From Eledone cirrhosa (taxonomy: Eukaryota): DNA of 64,000 bases. Each line of letters opens with the position of its first letter. The first letter of the stretch is position 1. The translations under genes were made by a program, and so were the position numbers. Positions 39,065 through 51,985 of the stretch are shown piece by piece. The notes beneath the pieces were generated by a model, which was not told where the DNA came from, ran no database searches, and was given only the letters and a program-made list of their open reading frames with translations. The stretch spans positions 284,828,001 through 284,892,000 of the forward strand of contig OZ024740.1 in the NCBI GenBank assembly GCA_964016885.1, read 5' to 3'.

Positions 39065-41105
39065 TAAATTATGGAATGAGACTAAGAAAAGATTGCATAT
39101 CCCGAGCAAACCGGCTAGATATAGTTGGGATTTCCTCAACAAAATTCTGTGGCTTTAATACTGTAGATTTGGATGGAGGATAGAAACTCCACTATTGGGA
39201 TGTGGAGCCAGAAATGGGTGCACTGGTGGGAGTGATGATACTCATAAGTCCCTGGCTTATGGACTGGATTCTGTTAGAAGGGAGAATTTGCCTCTTGAAG
39301 CTTAGGCTGAAAAATATACAAGTTTATGCACCATACAAGGTATCGTAATACAGGTTAGATGTAGTTAAGTCTGAGTCATATATCCTGATGGGAGACTTCA
39401 ATGTACATGTTGGCACTGACCACCTGACATGGAAAGGTGTGATTGGAAGGAATGTGACCCCAATCTAAATATGGAGAGGCCTTACATAGACTAAATAAGG
39501 AGAGGCCTTACATAGACTCTCTATTATGAACATCTTCCAGCACAGAGACATCCATAAATATACATGGTATAATGGGAATCAGGGATAGAGATCAATAATT
39601 GATTTTTTTTTATTGTCTCTGATTTCTTTGATTCTGTGCTGGATGTTTGTGTTAAGAGAGGGGCTGAGCTGTCAACTGATCACCATCTAGTTATCTACAA
39701 CTTGAGACTACCTAAAGCCAAAGAAGCCCACAAAACTGGCAGGTCCAGGGTGACCTACAGGACAAAGTGGTGGATAAGGTAGTCAGGACAATGTATGCAG
39801 AGACTATTGCTTCCAAATTTAGAGAACTCCCTGAGGACATTGAGACAGAGTGAAGATTGTTCAGCGCAGCAGTTTCTGCTTCAGCTGTCCAATGCTGCGG
39901 GCGGAAGAGGCTTGGTGTGGCGCCGGATGGCAGGAGGACCCCTTGTTTCAATCAAGAGATTAAAGATGCTATCTGAGCAAAGAAGGAGGCTTATAAACTT
40001 GGCTTGAAAATAAGTCCTGTCTTGTACTTGCAGTACAAGCAGGCATGATGAATTGCAGCAGAGACAGTAAAGGCATCCAAAGTTAAGATATGGGAGGATT
40101 TGGGGGTTAAGCTGGAATCCGACTTCAGATCAGCAAATAAAGTGTTCTGGCAGACCACCTGCCGACTTCATAAGAAGCCCTCCTCAACACTCACTATCAA
40201 GAACGCATCAGGGGTTCTTTTCTTCAGAGAGATGCATCCTCACGAGGTGGAGAGAATACATTGTTGATCTCCTAAACCTGATCACAACAGCATCTTCGGA
40301 TGTACACGAAGTGCTTCTGGGAGCAGTGACTAATCTCTCAGAGGTTAAGGTCACAAGAGCAATTAAAGAGCTCAAATGTGGCAAGGCTGCTGGGGACGAT
40401 GAAATCTGGAATTTGCAGATGACATGGTGTTACTTAACTTGAGAGGTGATCTCTGACATTAATAAGTTTGATGCCAAGTACTGCATGGATGGAATGAAAA
40501 TCAGTGCTGCAAACACTGAGACACTCATCCTCGCAAGGAAGCCCGTGCAGTGCACTCTACATGTGAATGGAGTTCCACTGAAGCAGGTAGAGAAGTTCAA
40601 GTATCTCAGGGCCATGCAGTAATGCACCAACTTCAGCATTCAGTAATCAGAAGAAGGGAGGTAGGTATAAAAGCTAAACTCACTATCATCAATTCAGTAT
40701 TCATGCCAAAAGTATATGATCGCAAATACAAGCTGCCAAAATGGGGTTCCTCTGAAGGGTCTTTGGAGTAACGTTACTCAATAGAGTATGTAGCTCGGAG
40801 ATCAGAGTCACTCCAGGTAGAGCCGCTACTTCTCCGAATTGAGAGATCACAGCTCCGATACTATGGACATGTAGTTAAAATGTCTCAGGAAAGAATCGTT
40901 GGACAGATTTTATGGGCAAAACCAACTCGCAGGAGACCTAGGAGTAGACCCCTAGCAAGATGGTTGGATAACATCCATGAGCTTGGCTGGTCTCACTTGG
41001 GGATCCAGCTGGATCAGTTGCTTCTGGCAGGACCTGCTGGAAGAAGTGTTTGAGGACTCTGCTCTCACCACAACCTTCTCAAGAATAAGTGGGTGAAGAA
41101 GAAGA
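39065..41105 (+). mobile_element. RTE-type LINE family 2, internally deleted and decayed
   Basis: Endonuclease (LDIVGISST, MGDFNVHVG, ELSTDHHLV), GKAAGDDEI, FADDMVL, VEKFKYL, QLRYYGHV motifs; (GAA)n tail. Confidence 0.92.
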
Positions 41106-42196
41106 CTAAAAATGGCAGGTTAGATTTGGGTCAATAGGTTGTCTTTTGACTGCAGCAGTGAAAGAAATGGCCCAGAGCCAAGAACAGTAGGTGAATAAAA
41201 ACATATTGCAGAAACTGTAGAATACAGAGTCAATACATTTATTCAATTCATACATTACATATAGAGAAATCAATGAATTTTATATGAAGATCAAATGGTA
41301 AAGTGTATTAAAAAACAAATAACTTACAAACTTAAATGGCTAATAACATTCACATCGAAATTTACTCACAAGATAATAAGGAACAAACTTAATAAATGAA
41401 AAATTTTGAAAGTCTTTTTTAAATTTTTTTCATGAATTTATTCTTTTTCTGGAAATCTTTCAACATCCATAGGAGAAAATGTTAGAAATTGAGAGCAGGG
41501 GAAACAAAAGATATGCAGCTATATTAACTCAAATATTAACAGCCACATTTTAGTCATCATGCAGTGAAATATTTTATATAAAACATGAGGACCATTTTAA
41601 TGACTTTCACCCACTGAGAATTTGTCAACATTTAATTTTACCAAACAAAATACAGGTTGCAAATGCAAATGATAAAATTTTCAAAATAAACTACATATCT
41701 AAATTTTTATTTATCATCATTTGTTTTTCTTTTAATACATTTAGATAGAATCTAAAATATTTTAAAAATAACAAACATATCATTCTAGTAATATTTAGGA
41801 TAGTCCTATTTCATTATCTTATTTTTTATAATAATTTAAATTATTTCACTGTTTAAATTAATGTTTAAATGTTAAATATTAGAAGGAACCATAAGCAATT
41901 TTTATGAAAAATTAAAAATGATTTGTTTTCACTTACACAAATCTGAAAAGGTATTGTTCTATTAACACATAAGAGCAGAACATTTTAAAAAATTATTTGA
42001 TGTAACAAAATTGAAATGGAAATAAAATCATAAAATCATTAACATTGGAACCAGTGCAAATATAAAAGAGATAAAATTTACATTTGATAAGTTTTTTTTT
42101 TCCACTATAAAGTCATTAGCTATAAATAGGAATAGCTAATATTTTTTTAATTTGTAAATATTCTATTTAAAAGACAAGTTTTTAAAAAAATATTCT

Positions 42197-43234
42197 TTAT
42201 ATCACTTGACATACTTCGAGCCGATGTTTATGTAAGTAGCGCTTTTGAGCAAAAGCTCGTCCACATTTTTCACAAAGAAAATTCTTGCTTTTAACAGTGT
42301 GAATTAACATATGTGAGCGCAAATTAGATTTGTCTGCAAAAGCTCGATTACATCCATTATGTGTGCATTGAAATGGCCTCTCACCTGTATGTGTACGCAT
42401 GTGACCTTTTAAAAGCCAGGAACGAGTAAAAATCTTTCCACAAATACCGCACTTGTTTTTTTGGTCTGAATGAGACCGGGCATGAGCAGCAAGAGCTGAA
42501 AAGTTATTGAATGAGCGCTTGCATTTTAGACAATTGTGGCAGGATACATTAGTGTTCAATTCAAATGAATTATAAGGATATATTAATTCATTCACAGAAA
42601 ATCGAGAGTAATCTGTTGAAACTTTTTGATCTGAATCTGAATTTTGCTTCCCTCCTTTAGATGAATGACTAATCAAAAATGAGTGATTAGTAGAAACATA
42701 TCTGTCACAGAGTAACATATTGAAAGGCTCATAAGTATAATGTTCCCTTAATTTCATTCCTCCAGCTTTAGAATTATCTTCTAAACAAAATGTATTCTCT
42801 CCAAGAGGCATATTATTTAGATATCGAGTTGTAATGGGCAAAGACTCAGCAAAATAATTTGTAGTCCTGGACATGTTTGATAAATTACTGAAGTTTTTAT
42901 TAATTTTATACGGGATCTCAGAGCAGTGAAACTTTAATTTTCGATTAGCAGTTGAAATCTTCTTGTTTAAAACATAATTGTAATTTTGTTTGCAAATCAT
43001 GTTTTCCAAAGGTAAAACAGATGTATAGAAATCCGGAACATTGCTATTGATATGAAAACGTGTCACAAAGGACATATTACTCAAAGAAGTCTTTACTAAA
43101 GTATGGTTGCTGGATGTTGAAGTCTGTTCTTGGTATGAAGAATCATGGCAATTTAAAGTATTCTGACAATATGCCAACTGATTGGAGTGATGACCTTGCC
43201 TTTTAGTTATTACACGCCCTGATCTGGTAACCAT
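42197..43234 (-). CDS. Snail/Scratch-superfamily C2H2 zinc-finger transcription factor (4 fingers, the last C2HC)
   Basis: CGKIFTRSWLLKGHMRTHTGERPF..C.RAFADKSNLRSHM and terminal CEKCGRAFAQKRYLHKHRLEVC match the Snail/Scratch finger array. The exon opens at 43251 after TATTTTTCAG. First in-exon ATG is 43234; upstream coding exons cannot be excluded. Confidence 0.88.
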   Translation of the reverse strand: MVTRSGRVITKRQGHHSNQLAYCQNTLNCHDSSYQEQTSTSSNHTLVKTSLSNMSFVTRFHINSNVPDFYTSVLPLENMICKQNYNYVLNKKISTANRKLKFHCSEIPYKINKNFSNLSNMSRTTNYFAESLPITTRYLNNMPLGENTFCLEDNSKAGGMKLREHYTYEPFNMLLCDRYVSTNHSFLISHSSKGGKQNSDSDQKVSTDYSRFSVNELIYPYNSFELNTNVSCHNCLKCKRSFNNFSALAAHARSHSDQKNKCGICGKIFTRSWLLKGHMRTHTGERPFQCTHNGCNRAFADKSNLRSHMLIHTVKSKNFLCEKCGRAFAQKRYLHKHRLEVCQVI

Positions 43235-45169
43235 CACACTGGGATCAAAAGCTGAAAAATATAAATAGAAATTCAATTATTAGAAAACTATAACTATAAT
43301 GTGTGTATGTATCTGTGATTACATATCATGATTGTTTATGTTACATAACTTAGTGGGTCAACAAACAGAATAATAAAATGGGCTCAGCATGATCAACTAG
43401 AATCTCTTAAAGGCAGTGCTGCAGCATGGATGTAGTATAATGACTGAAATCAGTAAAAGAATATAACTAAAACTAAATGCAATTATTCCTGACAAGAAAT
43501 AGAATAACAATTTTTAACAAACTTAAAAAGCAAAATACTCCTGATAAAACCCTCCAGATAACAAGCCAAGTGGATTGGTTTGTGAGTTCATAGTTTTCTG
43601 CTGATATTTTTTTTTATTTTTTTAGGCAGGCATATTATTCTATGTGCTCACTTAGCTGTTTTTTCAGAATCTTTGAAATTGATAGAACAGGGTGGACATG
43701 GCTTGAATGTTTATAACAGTGATAATGCCACTAAAATCATCCAAGAACTTAGAACACAGAGAGCACTCCACTCCTAAATAAGCATAATCAAGATACTAGA
43801 TATTCAGATTCAGGTCAGCCATGAGTGGGTTGCCTTGTTGTCTTAAACTTGTTTATGAGTTTGTACCACAAAATAAATAAAAGCAATACTAGAAATTTCA
43901 CATTGCCTTGCTGATGCTCACAAGTAATAACAGAAAGTGGACGGTAATAAAAAAAATAATAATAAAGATATAGAGGATTCTGAGAAAATTCAAATATTTT
44001 GTTCTTCTTATCCAGCATGAAGAAATTTTCTTTCAATATTTAAAAAAGTGCATTTAAATTTCTAACACGCAGCAAATGGGGATCTCTTAATTTTTCTATT
44101 TCTATTTCTTGAGAATATTTTCAGAACCAAAATTAAAATTTGAAATTTATTGAGATTTACAACACTGGAATATTTATTTCCAAATTACATAAGCAATATG
44201 AGTATACCAAAAATGTTAACAATAACGACAGCAAATTTATTCAGTAACAACACCAATTGAATTTGAATCATATTGTTTAAACATCAAAAGCTAAAATATA
44301 TATAAATGCTACTGTTAGCAGTCTGAGTTAATTGAAAGTGAGGAAATAATGGAACAATACGAAATTAATTAACAATGAAACCTATTTCTATACAATGCTT
44401 TTTGTTGTGTTTAAATCTAATTACATACACTAAACCTTAATTAATTAAGCAACTCGAATTGGCAGCAAAGAATTCCTCCAAAATTAACACAAACCAATGA
44501 GATAATTAAACAAAAATACAATTCTGTAAGTTTTATGCCTTTTATTATTATGATTTCATTTTTGAAAGTCAAACATTCATTCACCAATTCGAATTCGACA
44601 AATTTAAAAAATAAATCCAATATTTTGAAGACCAAAGCAGCCATCTTGCAAAATATAACCATACCAATGGTCGTGTACAATGTGTGTGTGAGTATATATA
44701 TATATATAAATGAATGTTTGACAATCTCTCTGTACACCACAGATGCTACAGCAGAAACAAAGAATATCAAACAATCTTTGTTTTGCTAACAAATATATAA
44801 AAGCAGCCAGCTTACTATTCCTAAAATACAGATTTTAAAAGGACTGTACTTTATGAGAAATATATTTCAAACATTTCACTACATAAAAAGTTTCCTTTGG
44901 CTTTTCTGAGGTTTGAAAGAGGAAATACACACACAAGTATATATAGACCAAGCCAATATACAGTTCTATAAGAGCAAGATGCTGGTCACCTGACCTGACT
45001 TGTCTCAGAACATGACAACCTGTTTAACCCATGCAAGCATGAAAAAATAGATGTTAGATGGTGATGATGATTATATGATGGCAACATGAATGGACCTGTT
45101 ATTTTTCTCTAAAAATATTTTTTTCAAATTCCACCCCACCCGTCGCTTCAATCTTTCTATTTTCTCATT

Positions 45170-45210
45170 CTTTCTTCTGATGAAAGACTAGCATCCGAAA
45201 CGTTAAGACC
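45170..45210 (+). ncRNA. Degenerate minimal hammerhead motif (Penelope-type)
   Basis: CTGATGA-AAGACTAGCATCC-GAAACGTTAAGAC with palindromic AACGTT stem III; stem II is imperfect. Confidence 0.5.
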
Positions 45211-45301
45211 TTCTTCCTGCTATTTCAAGCGTTAACCTAATATATTCCTTCCATATACTGTACCAATTGTGTTATTATTTCTGTTTACCTTTTACATATA
45301 T

Positions 45302-46135
45302 ATCATCATCACCGTTTTACATTGATTCTTCCACGATAGCATGGGTTAGACAGGTTGTCCTATTGTGGACAATGTTAGGTTGGCTGACCTTGTCTTACTC
45401 ATACGGGAACTGATTTAGGTTTGATTTCTACAGCTGGGTGCCTTTCCTAACACCAACCTCATTTACAGTGAGTGCTGGGTGCTTTTTTTCCGTGTCACCT
45501 ACATGTCCACTTTACAGTATGGTCTGGGTGCTTTTTTTGTCGTGACACCTCCACAACCACTTTGCTGTGGGAGGGGATGGGGGCATATTGCCTATATGCT
45601 TCAGCTTGTACCCGTGGGAAGTCGGGTCTTCAGTATTACTGCATGACGCCAGAGGTCTTGGTCCTGTGTCATCACCGTTGAGAGGTGCAATTTGGCAAGG
45701 TCCGCTTTTATCACCTCATCCCAGGTTTTCTTGGGTCTCCCCACTCCACGGCTTCCATCAACTTTTAGTGCTCTGCACCTTTTTATACAGCTGTCATCCT
45801 TCATACGCATCACATGTTGATACCAATCCAACTTCCTCTCCTGTACACAGCATTTGATTCCTCTTATGCTCAGCCTTTCTCTCAGTTCGTTTATGCTTTG
45901 CTGTTCGCGTATATTACTATTACACATCCATCAGAGCATGCAAGCTTCATTTCTTTCTAATCTACACAAGTCTTCTACGCACAGCGCTCAGGTCTCACTA
46001 CCATGTAACATTGCTGTTCGAATGCATGCATCATACAGTCTGCCTTTCATTTTGAGGGAAAAGCCTTTTGCAGCTAGCAGTGGCAGTAGCTCCCTGAACT
46101 TCTTCCATCCCGTTCTTACCCTGGATACTGTACTT
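45302..46135 (-). mobile_element. RTE family 1 LINE 3' part
   Basis: ORF 45601-45927 plus the family 3' UTR and tail. Confidence 0.92.
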
Positions 46136-46344
46136 TATATATATATATATAATTATTAAAATAACAGATTAAAGTTTAAGCAAAGAATCGCTGCTTTCAC
46201 CCTTACCGAGCCCTCTTTGGGTTTTAGTCTTCACATTTATTATTATTACTATATATATATATATAATGATAAATGAAATAAAACAAATACAGGGATGCAA
46301 AAATATAAAGCTTTATTAGGTTCACACATAGGGGAAGTGAAGGA

Positions 46345-46385
46345 GGGTTCTAGTTTCAAACAGAAGTCCTTCATCAGGAAAGTTC
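46345..46385 (-). ncRNA. Degenerate hammerhead motif in a probable Penelope-like remnant (~46290-46760)
   Basis: Minus strand CTGATGA-AGGACTTCTGTTT-GAAACTAG, consistent with CpG decay of ...GTCCGAAAC. Confidence 0.45.
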
Positions 46386-46774
46386 AGATAAGAAGAGAAC
46401 AGGTGATGTGTATGAAAATTAGGAAAGGAAGTAAAGAAAAGTTCAGGGAGCTACTGCCACTGCATTTGGGAGTGGAGGTTGAAGTGGAGGGTTTAGGTGT
46501 GTCGCGGGTGTGGTTGTGTGTGTACCAAAGGGATGAAATTAGTAGGTGTGCATTATTGCTTCAGTCTGTGTGTGTGTGTATGAACACGTGGGTGTCTCAG
46601 AGTCTTATATTGTTGGTGTGCACACTGGTGTGTGAGTATTATTCATGAATAAATGGTAAAAAGTAAGGAGTATGAACCAGTTTCACACCAGAGAAACATT
46701 CATCTGACAAGGAAAATATTTGTGGTTGCTTGACCTGCAAAATGTAGCATTTATTAGAAAGACATGTTGGACAT

Positions 46775-47401
46775 GTCAGACACCTACCATACTCTGAAGC
46801 CTTGCTTCCCTGGGCATGGATTCATTGAAGCTCCGACGTCTGGCAATGGACTTGGTGAATACCCACAAAGTTATTAACCATCTCGCCAATTGCAACCCTG
46901 AGCACCTTTTTGATCTCCATGTGACTAACACATGTGGACATGCCTACAAAATCAGAAAACAGCACAGCTCCCATGACTTTCGTAGACATTTTTTCACGCT
47001 CAGAGTTGCTGAAGCATGGAACAAACTGCCTGCGTCAGTTGTTAGCTGCCGAGACACTGCATCCTTTAAAACACTCATGCTTCCCGAAATATGCCAAAAC
47101 TACACCTGATGTACTCCTTCCATACACATGTACACATGTGTGTATCATGACTCGTGCACTGTTCATTTTACTGATGTTTGTGCATTGCCCTATGTACTGT
47201 ACATGCACTTTTTGATGAGTTGTGGTGCACCTGGGCACTGTACACAATATTTCATTATTATTATTATTATTATTATTATATCATGACTCATACACTGTTC
47301 ATTTTCCTGACATTTGTACATTATTCTATGTACTATACATGCACCTTTGATGAGTTGTAGTGCACCTGAGCACTGTACACAATAATTTCATTATTATTAT
47401 A
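46775..47401 (+). mobile_element. CR1-type LINE 3' end (same family as 9001-10345)
   Basis: ORF 46816-47109 is nearly identical to the C-terminus of 9289-10338; same duplicated 3' UTR and (ATT)n tail. Confidence 0.95.
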
Positions 47402-47719
47402 ACGTTCCCTGAGTGCATACCGTCCTTGAGGGGGAAAAGTAATGGCCATAGCTGGAATACCTTTCATCATAGGTTTGCTCTATCAGGGATGACCTAAAAC
47501 TAAATATCAAGACTATTTGAAAAAAAAAAGGTTTCAATAGATAAACGTGCAGAATGCGATGTTCAAATTTGATATGTTGCTTTTGTTGGGAGATGGGTAT
47601 GTATTGAAGGAAGAAAGGTTACAAAAATTGACATTTTTAGATGCAAGAAAAAAGCAACTTCTACATGGTCGTTTGACCCACAAGAAATAACAGCTAAATT
47701 TCATTCACTTCCTACCAAC

Positions 47720-48070
47720 ATAAATGGGAAGGACATATGCCCCCCCCCCCCCCATCCCCACTGTAAAGTGGACGTGTAGGTGTCACGACAAAAAGCACCC
47801 AGCCCATGCTGTAAAGTGGTTGTGTAGGTGTCATGACAAAAAACACCCAATCCACACTGTAAAGTGGTCGTGTAGGCATCACAATAAAAAAACCACCCAG
47901 TACTCACTGTAAATGAGGTTGGTATTAGGAAGGGCACCCAGCTGTAGAAAAGAAGCCAAAATCAGTTCTGTATGAGCAAGACATGGTCACCTGACCTAGC
48001 ATTGCCCACAACAGGACAACTCGTCTAACCTATGCTAGTGTGGAAAAATGGACGTAAAACGGTGATGATG
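47720..48070 (+). mobile_element. RTE family 1 3' UTR with expanded ~47-bp tandem units
   Basis: Four CTGTAAA(G/T)...-initiated units followed by the family tail. Confidence 0.85.
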
Positions 48071-51000
48071 GTATTGGATAATTAAATCTTAGACAGACTA
48101 TGTCTGGACTAAAAAAAACAGATAGTCCTGGCCTATATGCCTTTGATCTTAGGTCTACTTGACCAAAGCTGACCGGGGACTAATCAATAACAACAACAAA
48201 GAAATTAATTACACTGAGAAACAATAACCACTTATAGAAATTACTACTTGACTTGTGTTATATGTATGAGTTGTGGTGCTTATCAATCAATAATATAAAG
48301 CAATGGCCTTAGATGGTAATTGTGTGTCGATGAACTTAATGTACATAAGTGTGTGTGCATTTATGTTATATGTAACTGTTATAAAAATGTGAAATGTATT
48401 ATGATTTAGCTCCAAGGCGACCTTGATTATGCAGGCCTATGATAAAAAAACGTTCCAGGAATGACCATCCTGTGTAGTTTAAGAAACAATCTTTTTTTTA
48501 ATTGCAAAGTATAATTTAGGGGAAATTTGGTTGCTATTTTTCACAAGTTGCTTACTGACTTGTGAATGCTTCATTTGATTACATACATATATTGTATTTA
48601 CACAGACATATTCATTTAAAACTGATGATCAACTCCATTACTACTCTGTGTGTCTCACGTTTTTATATTTGTTCAGGCAACAAACAGACAAATCAACTTC
48701 AAACGAATAAATAAAATCTATTGCATGTATTGTGTACTTCCTCTCCAATTTGTATGCCTAAACTTTGGTATTGAGAGCTACAACAATCCCCGAATAGGAT
48801 GCCATTGTATAATGCCAAAAGTCCCATCCTTCCTATCTAGAATGACAAATATTACAATAGCTTCTTTTTTTTGCCCACTTATTCCTGGGGGTATTGTGGG
48901 GGCAAAGTTCTCGAGCACACCTTCCAGCTAATCCTGTCAAAAACAACTGTTTCCAAGTGATCTGGCTGGATTCCCAAATGAAACCATCTTGCTTGAGATC
49001 TACCCTTCGGCCTCCTACCGGTTAGTTGAGCCCATAACATTTGTGTATGTATTTACATGTATATGTTTGTTTATATACACATTCACATGTGTATGTGTAT
49101 GTAACAAAGAAAATTACCACCCTTCAACTTAAATTATATAGGGTGGTGCCCCAGCATGGCCTCAGCCGGATGGCTGAAACAGGTAAAAGAATAAAAGAGT
49201 ATTAACCCTTTATAGAACACCTATTCTCTTGAAACACTTACCCACCATTTATCTTACATTAACCTGATAAATTCCACAAATGGACTTTTGCAATTTAATA
49301 GCAACTATAAATACTACACCACCTAAAATATTATTGTTTCTGAGTTGAATATCAGTTAACCTTTATCAGTAGTACTAACATAGCATGATTCTTAATAGGG
49401 GCATATCATCATCATCATCGTTTTTACATCTTCTTTTTGTGCTTGCATGGGTTGGACTTATTCTTTTCAGCACAACATCTCCTTCATTATCTCCTGTGAG
49501 TCTCAGCGATTTGAGGTAAACTCTCACCACCTCCACCTAGGTCTTCCTTGGTCTACCCCCACTGTGACTTCTTTCCACTAGGATTTCCTAGCACTTCTTC
49601 ACCCAGCGATCATCATCCATGCATATATATGTTTATGTATGATAAAAATACATAAGTTTCACTATGAGTATTTTAAGCTGTGATCATGCCAGGCATTCTT
49701 ATTCAGCTATTGAACTAAAACAAGTAATCACAAAATACTGTACCTATCACACACACACACACAAAAGAAAAGATACTGTTAGAGTATTTATGCAAAATGT
49801 ATAAACAGCTTTGAAAAACTTACTATATATACTTCAATATAAGTCAATCCAAATATAAGCTGACCCCTGAGAAATGGGGAAAACCCTATTTATAGTCAAG
49901 GCAGGTAATTAACACATTATGTTTAGATGACTTGGTTTTGAAATTCTCATAAGTATAGAATACATTTATGAAGTTTTAATATTTTGATGTTTAAAATGTT
50001 TAAAATGTTTAAAATGTTGTTCAAAATATAGTTTTTGTTTCACAACTCCATTATGTAATGATTTTTTACCATTTCATCTGATTTATAGTTTCAACAAGTT
50101 TCTTGAATTCTTGTTTACTTCTGGCCACTCACATATTGGGAGTAATTGAAAGAAAGAGATTAACTAAGAGAACATTGTATAGGAATTCATAAAGTAGAAG
50201 AGTATACACGATAGATTTATTGAAATCTGAAATATTTCCTTCATTGAATAAGCTGTTAATTGCAGATATAATTATAATTCTACAAAAAATATCCATACAA
50301 CAGATTATTTTCTTTATCTTTTACATCTTTTCTTACAAGACATTTCGTTCAAAATGGCATCTAATTTAATAAACTTAGTTTTCTCAAGAAACGAATGCAA
50401 TTCACTGTCTAATTCATGTCTTGGATTTCTGGAAAGGCATGTCAGCAATGGCAATCAGGAATGATAATTCCAATTTTCAAAAAAATGTTTCATAGACTTC
50501 GAAATGGCATATGACTACATTCCACAGGATCTATTGTGGAAGGGTCTGCAGGAGTATGGGATCCATGGAGAGCTTCTTGTTGCCTTCATGTCTCTATATG
50601 AATGACCTAGTATTTGTGTTTGGATAAATGGTGCTAAGTCAAAACTATTCAATGTAAGTTACGTCAGACTCTGCCATGGGTGCGTATTGTTACCTCCCCT
50701 GTTCATAATCTTCATGAACAGGAATGACATGCATAGCTGGGCTGGAAGTAATATCAAGACTGGTGGGTGTATGATCAGTGGGCTTGAATTTGCAGATAAC
50801 ATGGTGTTACTTAACTCATCAGAAGGTGATCTCTGACATGAACTTGGTAGGTTTGCTGCCGAGTGCTGCACGGCAGGAATGAAATCAGTGCTGTGAAAAC
50901 TGAGACACACTGAAGACTAAGGTGTGAACCATTTATTTCAAACTACACATATAAGACAATACACTAAATATCATCTTCATAAATTTATGATGGCTAACCT

Positions 51001-51491
51001 ACTAGTCTTTATTATGCTAGGATATTTTATTAATCAAATGGCTTCTAATTTTAATTGGGAGATCTATGTTTCAAATAACTGCTCTCAGATTTAACAAAGA
51101 TAGAAATCAATGAGGATGTCTTTATGTTGTTGCTTGACCTCCTACAATCTTCAAAATATGTGTCATTGAATAATATAGTTTTAGGTATACAATAGTTGAA
51201 TAATGATGTGACGGCCACAGATGAAATGTCTTTTGACTATAGATCTGCTTGATTGCGACTGACCTGGTATTAAGCGACCACAAGTCAAGAGGTGAACCTC
51301 TAAGTGGTCACTAAACTTGTTAGAAATAGTAACCAAAATCTCAAATTGCAGCCTGTTATTGTAAAACAAATAACAGATAAATGTAGTTGATGATTATAGA
51401 ATGTTTTGAAAAGAAAAGAAAAGACCAGTCAATCATAGTTGGAACGCTTTTGATCATAGATTTGCAGTCAGGGCTGACCTGGGACTAAATA

Positions 51492-51985
51492 ACTAAATAA
51501 TTGTTTCTACTTTTGGCACAAGACTAGCAATTACCTCAGTGCATTACTGGTGCTTTATTTTATCGACCCTGTAAGGATGAAAGGCAAAGTTAACCTCAAC
51601 AGGATTTGAACTCAGAACGTAAAGGACCATAACTCTATGCTGCAAAGCATGTTGTCTGATGCTCTACTGGACTAAATAATAGTTTCTACTTTTGGCACAA
51701 GGCCAGCAATTACCCCAATGCATTACTGGTGCTTTATTTTATCGACCCTGTAAGGATGAAAGGCAAAGTTAACCTCGGAGGAATTTGAACTCAGAACGCA
51801 AAAGGCCATAACTCTATGCTGCAAAGCATGTTGTCTGATGCTCTACCAGACTAAATAATTGTTTCTACTTTTGGCACAGGGTCAGCAATTACCTCAGTAT
51901 ATTACTGGTACTTTATTTTATCGACCCCGTAAGGATGAAAGGCAAACCTAACCTCGGTGGGATAAATAATTGTTTCTACTTTTTT
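51492..51985 (-). repeat. Tandem array of SINE family B (179-bp unit)
   Basis: Units start ACTAAATAAT(T/A)GTTTCTACTTTTGGCACA at 51492, 51671 and 51850, with a stub at ~51963. Confidence 0.93.

Noticed and set aside
43252-43276. ORF-track N-terminus MNFYLYFS of the zinc-finger ORF
   Set aside because: It is the polypyrimidine tract and AG acceptor of the intron.
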